A stretch of 63,151 bases of DNA, counting the filler, from Octopus bimaculoides (lineage: Eukaryota), in assembly GCF_001194135.2 (NCBI RefSeq). It is 6 parts of 6 records of this genome, joined end to end, with 100 filler letters (N's around TTAATTAATTAA, not from the genome) between each part and the next. Parts side by side here need not be neighbours in the genome. Positions count along the whole stretch, not along the records: positions 51,590 to 60,498 come from NC_069009.1; positions 60,599 to 63,151 come from NC_068997.1; 4 more parts are not named here. One strand, given 5' to 3'. The position numbers and the translations under genes were made by a program. The notes under the pieces were generated by a model, which did no database searches, was not told the DNA's origin, and worked only from the letters and a program-made list of their open reading frames with translations. Below are positions 53,976-63,151 of this stretch, piece by piece. The stretch's first letter is position 1. Every line of letters starts with the position of its first letter.

Positions 53976-54289
53976 CGTACATATGTGTGTGTGTGTGCTC
54001 AAACATACATTGTGCTGGTACTATTTATAATAAAGATATCTAAATGGTCTCAATTTACCGGTCACACAATGTATTTTACTGATTGGTCATTCCCCCATCA
54101 TGTAACACAGCAATGCTACAATGCAATGTTTACTAAAGGTAATAAACCAGTTTTAGGGCAATATATTGTTCGATATAGTCTTTGTTGAAGAATCTTGGGT
54201 GTGTCGTGCGAGTTGCATCTGTTGTTTTCAACATACGTAATGTCCTTGATTTCGTTACTTACTTTAACATTAAATCTTCCATTTTTTTA

Positions 54290-54500
54290 TTCAGTCATTA
54301 GACTGTGACCAAGCTGGAGCACGGCATTGGAGAAGTTTTAGTCGAACGAATCGCCTCAAGTACTTATTTTCTGTCTAAGCCTTGCACTTAATCTCTCAGT
54401 TTTCTTTTGTCGAGCTGCTGGATTACGAGAACGTAAACACACCTACATTGGTTGTCAAGTGGTAGTGGGGGATAAAAACAGATACAAAGATAAACACACA
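54290..54500 (-). mobile_element. SINE family B, 3' part, diverged
   Basis: TTCAGTCATTAGACTGTGACCAAGCTGGAGCAC...GTAAACACACC..ATTGGTTGTCAAG. Confidence 0.75.
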
Positions 54501-54724
54501 CACACACACATATATATATATATGTATGTATGTAGTTCTATAAATGTTTAATAATTTTCATACAATACATTTCTCTATTATTATATATATTTCTGTATTT
54601 AGATATTCTAAATAAACTTTTAAAATTGTTACATAATATTCAAATACCTTTTAACAACTTTTTTTGTAAGGAAAATGGGCATTATCATACAGACCAGACC
54701 AAAGGCCAGATAGTACATATATCT

Positions 54725-54948
54725 GCGAGCTGGCAGAATCATTAGAGTGCCGGGTGAAATGCTTAGCGCTATTTCGTCTGCCGTTACGTTCGAAGTTCAA
54801 ATTCCGCCAAGGTCGACTTTGCCTTTCATCCTTTCGGGGTTGATAAATCAAGTACCAGTTACGCACTGGGTCGATGTAATCGACTTAATCCCTTTGTCTG
54901 TCCTTGTTTGTCCCCTCTATGTTTAGTCCCTTGTGGGCAATAAAGAAA
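54725..54948 (+). mobile_element. SINE family A variant with an alternative 3' tail
   Basis: Standard head and core, then ATCGACTTAATCCCTTTGTCTGTCCTTGTTTGTCCCCTCTATGTTTAG...GGGCAATAAAGAAA instead of the GTGCCTAGAGTAGAAA tail. Confidence 0.85.
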
Positions 54949-55811
54949 CAACATATATAAATGTGTGCATACATGTGATAGAATTACATCACCAATCACA
55001 AAATTATTATTGTGATTCTTTGTTGATTTGTTAAAAAAAAAAAATAAATAAAACATATATTGGGGGAATATTGAAAAGTTTGCTGCTTATTTAAAGAAGC
55101 TTTGTTCACTAGATGACCCGTGGGTGACAAATCATGATACAGCTGAAATAATCATAAAATGTACTTCAGAATCATCACATTCTTACAGAACGTACTGACA
55201 ATAAGTTTATCAGAAAACACAAACATTTTCATTTTCTGTTTCAACAGATTAATTTTGCCGTATACAGAACGAAAGTTATACATTTATGGTATTGCACAAC
55301 AGCTTTTTAGTAAAGTTCTGCATCAGAAAAACAACCTAAAAAAAAATAAAAAAAACAACATGCAAAGAAAACCAAAAATGAAAGACATCTGGAAAGAGAA
55401 ATAAATTTCAACAAAGATGTTTTTTTACAGAATAATTTTATTTTTTATGATACTGGAGTTATAAAATAAAATGATAAAATTTGTACAAAAACAAAATGGG
55501 AATTAACTCATAAATCTAATAAATTATGCATAAAGCCTTTCACTTGCTGCAGGGAACAGTTTACTCCTCTCATTTGCAGGGTTTTTTTGTTGATCCCTCA
55601 CTTGCAAGGGACAACAGTTAACCTCTCACTTGCATCAGATAACAGTTGACTCCTCTCACTCGCAATAAAGTCTTTTGTTTGTTTTTTTTTTATTCAGCCC
55701 AGCATTCATTTGCAATTATCAGTTAATGTACTACTTGCTCTTTTCTACAGATCAGAAGGAATATATTTTGTTGAAGCAAGTGACTGTGTGTTTATATCGT
55801 TTGGAAAACCC

Positions 55812-55947
55812 AACACATGTAATCAATTGCCTCCTGTGAGAGAAGGATTTACCAATCATTAACACTGATATGGCTTCTCCACCGTATGAATCAGTTAGTG
55901 TTCAGTTAAGTGAAAATTTCAAGAGAATGATTTACTCAGACGTCACA
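55812..55947 (-). pseudogene. Two decayed C2H2 finger relics downstream of the ZNF stop codon
   Basis: After KPN* the minus strand continues TGT GAC GTC TGA..AAA TCA TTC TCT TGA..CAC TTA ACT GAA CAC TAA..ATT CAT ACG GTG GAG AAG CCA TAT CAG TGT..GGT AAA TCC TTC TCT, i.e. finger-linker-finger with stops and frameshifts. Confidence 0.8.
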
Positions 55948-56856
55948 TCAATTTGGCTTCTCACCTGTATGGCTTCGTTTATGTTCAATTAAAGTATGAT
56001 TTCCAGAGAATGATTTACCACAGATATCGCAGTGATATGGTTTTACTCCTGAATGAATGAGTTTGTGTTTAGTTAAGTTACCTTTCTGAGAGAATGATTT
56101 ACCACAGACGTCACAGCCGTGTGGTTTCTCACCTGTATGAATGCGTATGTGTTTACTTAAGCTATTACTTCTAGAAAATGATTTATCGCAGATGTCGCAG
56201 GTGTATGGTTTATCTCCAGTATGACTATGTTTGTGTTTACTTAAGTTACTACTCGTAGAAAATGATTTATTACAGATGTCACAGTGATGGGGTTTATCCC
56301 CTGTATGAATGCGCTTATGTTCAACTAAGTTATGACTTCGAGAGAATAATTTATCACAGATATCACAGTGATATGGCTTATATCCTGTATGAATGCGTAT
56401 GTGTATATTTAAGGTACTTTTTAAAGTGAATGATTTACCACAGATATCACACTCGTATATCTTCTCATCTGTGTGAATGCGCATGTGACAAGTTAGGTTG
56501 CTGCTTTTAGAGAACGATTTACCACAGATATCACAGTGATATGGTTTCTCTCCTGTATGAATGTGTTTGTGTTCAGTTAAGTGGTGAGTCTGAGAAAACG
56601 ATTTGCCACAGACATCGCATTGATATGGTTTCTCTCCTGTATGAATACGTTTGTGTTTAGTTAAGTGATGATTTACAGAGAACGATTTGCCACAAACATC
56701 ACAGCCAAATGGCTTCTCTCCTGTGTGAATGCGTTTGTGTTGAATTAAATAAAAAGTCTTAGGAAATGATTTACCACAGACATCACAGGAATATGGCTTA
56801 TTTTTTCTGTGAATAAGTTCATCAGCAGTGAGTTTATCCTTTTCAGAAAATGACAT
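55948..56856 (-). CDS. C2H2 zinc-finger protein, 10 tandem fingers with TGEKP-type linkers, no KRAB/SCAN/BTB domain seen
   Basis: 302-aa uninterrupted ORF with ten C-x2-C-x12-H-x3-H units (e.g. [23 protein letters not shown]); the N-terminal 21 aa are a broken finger; style fits the cephalopod C2H2 expansion; true start codon uncertain. Confidence 0.95.
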   Translation of the reverse strand: MSFSEKDKLTADELIHRKNKPYSCDVCGKSFPKTFYLIQHKRIHTGEKPFGCDVCGKSFSVNHHLTKHKRIHTGEKPYQCDVCGKSFSQTHHLTEHKHIHTGEKPYHCDICGKSFSKSSNLTCHMRIHTDEKIYECDICGKSFTLKSTLNIHIRIHTGYKPYHCDICDKLFSRSHNLVEHKRIHTGDKPHHCDICNKSFSTSSNLSKHKHSHTGDKPYTCDICDKSFSRSNSLSKHIRIHTGEKPHGCDVCGKSFSQKGNLTKHKLIHSGVKPYHCDICGKSFSGNHTLIEHKRSHTGEKPN

Positions 56857-57742
56857 ATTACAGCTATTACAATGCTACGATTTTCTCATCATAATATATA
56901 TTTTCATATCTGCAGAGTTTTATATTTTATTCAAAACAAATATTTTCTTTGCTAAATTTTCATGAACAGCAATCTTTGTTAACATCCACAGCCATGGCAA
57001 ATTTCTTTGTCATCTGATTTTAATTAGAATCCAGAACCACCTTGTACACATCCACTCAGTGAAATAGGGACATTTTACAATTAATTTTAGTCCAGAGAAA
57101 ATATCTAAAACAAATTCTATAGTGGGCTTATAAAAGTCAATGTAATATCTCTTCTGCTTTAAACGCCCTATATATCATGTTCCTTTAATCTTTCACAGCT
57201 GATAAATACTGAGGATACATCCGAGGTAAATTAGAATTCTTTAGTGACAAGGTCATGTGATATCCTGAAATAACAGAGAAACAGCATAAGTTATAGAGGA
57301 TACTTAAACCGAGATCCAGCAGTGAAAATGTTACTATACTTTTATACTGATTAGCTGCAGCTATAAACATTTATCCAAACAACAGAAATTTAGTTTTAAA
57401 TTTGTTAAAACTGTGCCAAAATTTGAAACTATTGTTAGTCCCACAGACATATAATCCTAAAACCAAAGGGCAGAATTCTGCTTTAAACACCCTTAACAAC
57501 TAGTCATAATTTTTTTTTTTCCTTTTTAGAATTTTCTGAAAATTTTTACGAATTTGTATTCTAAACACTGGAATTCAGACGATTATGCAAAAAAAAAAAA
57601 GTGTGATTTAAGGGGTATTTAGCTGTTATTTTTAGCACCTCACATGGTCACTTCATACTGTTATCGTTTGTCATTCTGGCTTATCGCTGGGATTTAAGCC
57701 AAAAATTCAGACTGTCCGTATTTTAAACTGTGATTTAAAATG

Positions 57743-57777
<35 letters not shown>

Positions 57778-58506
57778 AAAGATTAAAAAAAAGGGGATTC
57801 GTTTTCATAATCGTATGAATAAATTCGCAAAAAACAAACAGTTATGCCTTGCATAGAATATAATTCTGCTACCAAAGGTTTTAAGTGGTGACTATTGTCC
57901 TCATAGAACAATGGCGATGCGCAGAAATGACAGATTATTAAATGCATTTTTTAAGGCTCCTTGCTTCCCCATTGTTTTGAAATGTCAGATACAAAAATAA
58001 AAACATTGTAAAAATATCCTATCAAAAAACGGAGACATCATAAACTCATGTGCGACAACTATTCCCCAAAGTTCGTTTACATTTATGCTTTAATAAATTA
58101 TTCGAATATTTGAAAATGTCTTGAATACTTACGGAAATGCCTGAAATCGAAAATTCTTAAAGACTGTGTGAGGTGGTAGTGATGCTTGGGGAAATGTATC
58201 GTAATGGATATTGTTATAAAACATGATTAAAAGGTAACTGGGAAAGGATGAAACAGCAACAACAACACGGTACCAGTGTGATACTAGAAATTAAAAAGAC
58301 ATGTAATGCGCACGCAAAGAAAGACAACTCATGTTATGACCCTAACTCCTTTGTATATAATAATCATTATCTCGTTAATTAAAGTTTGTGTTCGTATTTT
58401 AGCTTCCGTTGCTTTCAAATATAACACAATATAAATTATGCAGCAATTTCTTTTCAGCAATTATTTAAGAGATATCTCACATTAATGATTTGCAAATGAC
58501 ATTGAA

Positions 58507-58521
58507 GCGGAAGTGACGTCA
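58507..58521. promoter_or_regulatory. Composite ETS-CRE element (GABP/CREB-type), probable Pol II proximal promoter
   Basis: Exact GCGGAAGTGACGTCA, the known overlapping ETS/CRE promoter motif; palindromic ATTTGCAAAT at 58488-58497; lies about 1.6 kb 5' of the ZNF ORF. Confidence 0.6.
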
Positions 58522-58539
58522 GAGGTAGAGACTGTTAAT

Positions 58540-58607
58540 TCATGGGCCGAGATAAGAGATCTTTTTCGCTGAGAAGGCAGCAGGTTCGAATCTCGTCACA
58601 GGTAGCC
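58540..58607 (+). other. tRNA-like A/B-box remnant and/or short first exon ending in a donor site
   Basis: Weak A-box-like TGGGCCGAGATAAG, B-box GGTTCGAATCT (58583-58593), then CAG|GTAGCC donor-like site at 58601/58602; no convincing cloverleaf. Confidence 0.35.
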
Positions 58608-59685
58608 ACTGCAACCTGAATCTCTTTGTTTGATTGAGGAAAGAAAAGATATTTTCGCTCCTCTTTCTCGTCGTAAAAATACTGAAACAACCTGGGTGAA
58701 TAAGGTAATTTTTTCTATTATTTACGTAAAACAACAACCTCAGATACAAAACAGAAGGGGCCACAATAGAAACGAAATGCTGGACTCCCCAATTATCGAC
58801 TAAAATTCTAAATCATGGTGTTTTATTGTCTTTAAATATAATAATTAAGTCAGTTTAATTAGTCTTAAGGAAACGCACAGTATTAAATTGATGTTTTTTT
58901 GTTGTTGTTGTTTTCGCTGGTATTTGTCTTTCCTTCGATTTAGGATTTGAATTTTAGGGGCTTATGCAGTTTCGCAACTCTCCTTGAAAAATGTATTTTT
59001 TTCTGAAAAATATTTTTCGTATTCGTACGTTTTGGATGGCACAGAGATTACGAATATGCAAAAAAAAAAAATAATAATTTTAACCCCGCCTCCCCCAATT
59101 TAAATTTTTTAATTTTGTTTACTTTAAAGAAATCATAGCGAATTGACGAACATATGCAAATCGAAATAAAATACAAACAAAAACATTAAAGTGAAAAGAA
59201 TTTNNNNNNNNNNNNNNNNNNNNNNNNNNNNNNNNNNNNNNNNNNNNNNNNNNNNNNNNNNNNNNNNNNNNNNNNNNNNNNNNNNNNNNNNNNNNNNNNN
59301 NNNNNNNNNNNNNNNNNNNNNNNNNNNNNNNNNNNNNNNNNNNNNNNNNNNNNNNNNNNNNNNNNNNNNNNNNNNNNNNNNNNNNNNNNNNNNNNNNNNN
59401 NNNNNNNNNNNNNNNNNNNNNNNNNNNNNNNNNNNNNNNNNNNNNNNNNNNNNNNNNNNNNNNNNNNNNNNNNNNNNNNNNNNNNNNNNNNNNNNNNNNN
59501 NNNNNNNNNNNNNNNNNNNNNNNNNNNNNNNNNNNNNNNNNNNNNNNNNNNNNNNNNNNNNNNNNNNNNNNNNNNNNNNNNNNNNNNNNNNNNNNNNNNN
59601 NNNNNNNNNNNNNNNNNNNNNNNNNNNNNNNNNNNNNNNNNNNNNNNNNNNNNNNNNNNNNNNNNNNCCTAACCCAAATCCTAAC

Positions 59686-60030
59686 CCTCGTTACGACGAC
59701 GAGGGTTCCAGGTGATCCAATCAATGGAACAGCCTGCTCGTGAAATTAACGTGCAAGTGGCTGAGCACTCCACAGACACGTGTACCCTTAACATAGTTCT
59801 CGGGGATATTCAGCGTGACACGGTTGACCCTTTGAATTACAGGTACAACAGAAACAGGAAGTAAGAGTGAGAGAAAGTTGTGGCGAAAGAGTACAGCAGG
59901 GTTCGCCACCATCCCCTGCCGGAGCCTCGTGGAACTTTAGGTGTTTTCGCTCAATAAACACTCACAACGCCCGGTCTGGGAATCGAAACCGCGAGTCCGC
60001 TGCCCTAACCACTGGGCCATTGTGCCTCCA
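59686..60030 (-). mobile_element. Near full-length SINE family C
   Basis: Reverse complement of the 53152 copy; head ends CCTAACCACTGGGCCATTGTGCCTCCA. Confidence 0.92.
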
Positions 60031-60178
60031 GCCTCTGCTTTTTAATTAGCCTCTATATCTTACAAAGTTCTCATTTTCTATAATTTCAGAGCATCAAATG
60101 ACACTGGCCTCAAAGAATTATTTACATCAGATCCATTTTAACCAGCCGAGCATTGGAATTCTCCTGCATAAATCACTT

Positions 60179-60480
60179 CATCATCGTTTAACGTCCGCCT
60201 TCCATGCTAGCATGGGTTGGACGATTTGACTGAGGACTGGTGAAACCAGATGGCTACACCAGGCTCCAATCTGATTCGGCAGAGTTTGTACAGCTGGATG
60301 CCCTTCCTAACGCCAACCACTCAGAAGAGAGTGTAGTGGGTGCTTTTACGGGTCACCCGCACAAAGGCCAGTCAGGCGGTACTGGCAACGGCCACGCTCA
60401 AAATGGTGTATTTTATGTGCCACCCGCACAAGAGCCAGTCCAGGGGCACTGGCAACGATCTCGCTCGAAAATCCTACGAA
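60179..60480 (-). mobile_element. (GAT)n-tailed repeat, RTE-type 3' end
   Basis: Highly similar to 51975-52340 over about 250 bp. Confidence 0.8.
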
Positions 60481-60814
60481 GGCCACTTGGGTTTATAANN
60501 NNNNNNNNNNNNNNNNNNNNNNNNNNNNNNNNNNNNNNNNNNTTAATTAATTAANNNNNNNNNNNNNNNNNNNNNNNNNNNNNNNNNNNNNNNNNNNNGC
60601 AGATGTGTAATACAAAATAGTAAGCATTTTCTAGAAAAAAATCTGTCAGGGATTTCATCATTTCTGTTCAAATCTCATTTTACCAAACTGGAATCATAAT
60701 TCTTTAACCATATAGACCGTTAAATATGTGGAAACCTAGCCTAAGGAGTGGTGCCTGTGGCTAAATTCTACAGTAAAGAAAAAAAAAAAGCTAAGCCAAC
60801 ACACACATAAACAG

Positions 60815-60859
<45 letters not shown>

Positions 60860-61468
60860 CATAAACATATAGACATACACACATACATAAACATATAGAC
60901 ATACACACATGTACATAAACATACATACACGCATATAAACATACACACACACACATACACACGCACACATATATATACATACACTTATTGCATTACCATT
61001 CTTCTGTGGCAGGCAAGCCAAAGAGAATGTTAGATGCTGTGTCCCTAAAAATTTTCTGCCAAAATCAGCAGCAACCTTCTGAAATGTGTCAAATTTCACC
61101 CCATGCCCCTATCACTTCACCTCACCTCCCCACTTCCACCTCCAGGCCTTCCTCTTCTGTTCTAAACCCCCTCCTCCTCCTCCTCCGCCTACCTCTTCTC
61201 TGCCCCCCCCCCATCTCTCACAACTTTAATTCTCTTCATCCTTACACTCCCACTTCTCTCTCTCTCTCTCTTTTTCCACCTCTTCACCCCTATCCCCTAC
61301 CTCAGCCACCACATACCCTCACCAGGTCTATTGGCACCCTTGTTTCTCTCCCAATACTGCACTGGGTTCCCCCTGAGAAGCTGATATTACCTACCATAAA
61401 TGTGTGTGTGTGTGTATATATATAGATATATATATACATATATATATGTGTGTGTGTGTATGTATGTT

Positions 61469-61506
<38 letters not shown>

Positions 61507-61517
61507 NNNNNNNNNNA

Positions 61518-61548
<31 letters not shown>

Positions 61549-61709
61549 GTATATGTATGTGTGTATTCGTGTGTGCGCATGTGTGCCAGTGTGTATGTAT
61601 GCGTTCATATACACACAAACATATATATATAAATATATATATATACATAGATACATGCATATATATATATATATATATATGCATATATGTATGTGTGTGT
61701 GCATGTGTG

Positions 61710-61762
<53 letters not shown>

Positions 61763-62104
61763 AAATCTTTCCTCACATAAAGCTGGCTTTTATTTAAAAC
61801 ATTTCACATAGAATGGCCTTCCACCACCACCACCACCACCACTGCCATCATCGCTACCACAGACTCATCACCTCCCACCCGTATCACCAAACACTCTCTA
61901 AACCTTTTCTTTTTCTGTATTTTCTTGTGTTCATTGATTTTTTAATATTTTTTTCGTAGCATTGCTGTTGTTTTTCTTTTTTATTATTTAAATGAAGATT
62001 ACTGAGTTAAAAATTTTCATTCATTTGTGCAGTTTTTATTGTTGTTGACATCGTTAATTGCCCACCGGTCAGCTCTGTGTAGTTTCACCATTCCATCTTT
62101 TTGA

Positions 62105-62645
62105 ACAGAATTAGATGCAGTGTCTGTAAGAGAGAAGACTGTGCTGGTTTGGTCATGTGATGAGGATGGATGCCAACAGCTCCTTAAAGAAGTGCCATTC
62201 ACTCAAAGTGGATGGAACTTGTGGAAGAGAGAGACTCAGGCAGACATGGGATAATGTACGGAAGGGCCACTTCATAATGCTGAACCTTTCAGGCAAGGTG
62301 ACAAAGGGCCAAAATAACTGGTGCCTTGCTGTACTCAAGAAGACTTTTGTTCCACGCCACATCCTCTGGTGAAGAGGATTGATCTGCAAGAGTTCTGTGC
62401 CGATGCCTTGTAAAATGCATTCATGCTGGTGCTATATAAAAGAGCTTGTGTTGGTGCCATGTTAAAAGCACCCAGTACACACCATGAAGTGGTTGGTGTT
62501 AGGAAGGGTATACAGCCATAGCTATAGAAGCCAAGCCAAATCAGACCAGAACCTGATGCAGCTCTCTGGTTTGCCAGATCTGGTCAAACCGTGTAATGCA
62601 TGCCAGCATGGAAAATGGATGCTACATAATGATGATGATAATGAT
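62105..62645 (+). mobile_element. RTE/RTEX-type LINE 3' end (ORF C-terminus, 3' UTR and GAT tail)
   Basis: RRLCWFGHVMRMDANSSLKKCHSLKVDGTCGRERLRQTWDNV...NNWCLAVLKK matches RLRWFGHV.RM...GRP.KTW; followed by AAAGCACCCA...GGTTGGTGTTAGGAAGGG...CCAGCATGGAAAATGGA and ATGATGAT. Confidence 0.8.
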
Positions 62646-63151
62646 GAACACTATCTAGAACTCTAATAACCAGTATAGGTTATAATTTAAGAGAGATTTA
62701 GCTAATAATTCTATCAAATCAAGCAAACAAGTAGTAGAACAAAATTGATAGAGCTGCATGAAACAAAATGCTTTGAGATTATATATCTTGTCATACTGGT
62801 TTCAAATCCTGCCAAGGTCAACTTTGATTTTCCTCACTCCAGTGGATGGGAAGAGTTTATGGCTGCAAAGCATGGACTCCGAACAAAGTTGAGGGGAACA
62901 TAATACATGTATTTGTTACTTTACGACTGTGATATCTTCTCCACATGTTTATTGATGTGATATCTCTTTAACATGTCTTGCTTGCTGTGATATCTCATAT
63001 TGTTGTGATATCTCTCTTTTCAACATGTTTGATGCCATTGCTTATGTATAGCCCCAGATCAACTGCGGTTGAGCAGTCCTATGGCACACATGTTTTCAGT
63101 CAAATGATGAGGCATGACCCACAAACAAGTAAAAGATGAAAGAAAGATAAA

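Noticed and set aside
55108-55128. Helitron 3' end (hairpin plus CTAG on the minus strand)
   Set aside because: Only a 4-bp stem and no matching 5' end on this scaffold block
58540-58610. Functional tRNA gene (B-box and CCA-like end)
   Set aside because: No acceptor stem, a weak T-stem and no clear anticodon arm; kept only as a tRNA-like remnant
13363-60554. TTAATTAATTAA islands at 13363, 21251, 43946, 51534 and 60543
   Set aside because: Each sits centrally in an approximately 100-bp N block and is identical; this is a synthetic all-frame-stop scaffolding linker, not biology. It also means features in different blocks may not be truly adjacent.
187-61780. Numerous ORFs rich in poly-I/Y/H/T/C/V/N/R/D or X
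   Set aside because: They are translations of di-, tri- and tetranucleotide microsatellites and N gaps, with no domain content

Overview
AT-rich, microsatellite-saturated eukaryotic draft sequence with many N gaps. The SINE families, simple-repeat load and KRAB-less CDICGKSFS-type zinc fingers point to an octopus genome (inference). Five N-flanked TTAATTAATTAA linkers look like scaffold joins, so long-range adjacency is unreliable. The only well-supported protein-coding sequence is a 10-finger C2H2 zinc-finger ORF (55948-56856, minus) with decayed fingers on both sides and a perfect ETS-CRE composite motif plus a B-box-like element about 1.6 kb upstream. The rest is mostly transposon debris: several tRNA-derived SINE families, RTE, R4/Dong, CR1/L2-like and Penelope-like retroelement fragments, and mariner, Tc1, pogo/Tigger, Helitron-like and possibly hAT relics. 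The most interesting observations are a full-length 5S rRNA-like copy fused to a tRNA-SINE and flanked by a degenerate direct repeat (candidate 5S-SINE chimeric retroposon), a 113-bp tandem array of SINE Pol III heads, and the ZNF promoter and N-terminal architecture. Almost all other ORFs in the track are microsatellite or gap artefacts. All alignments were done by eye against remembered family motifs; no database search was run.
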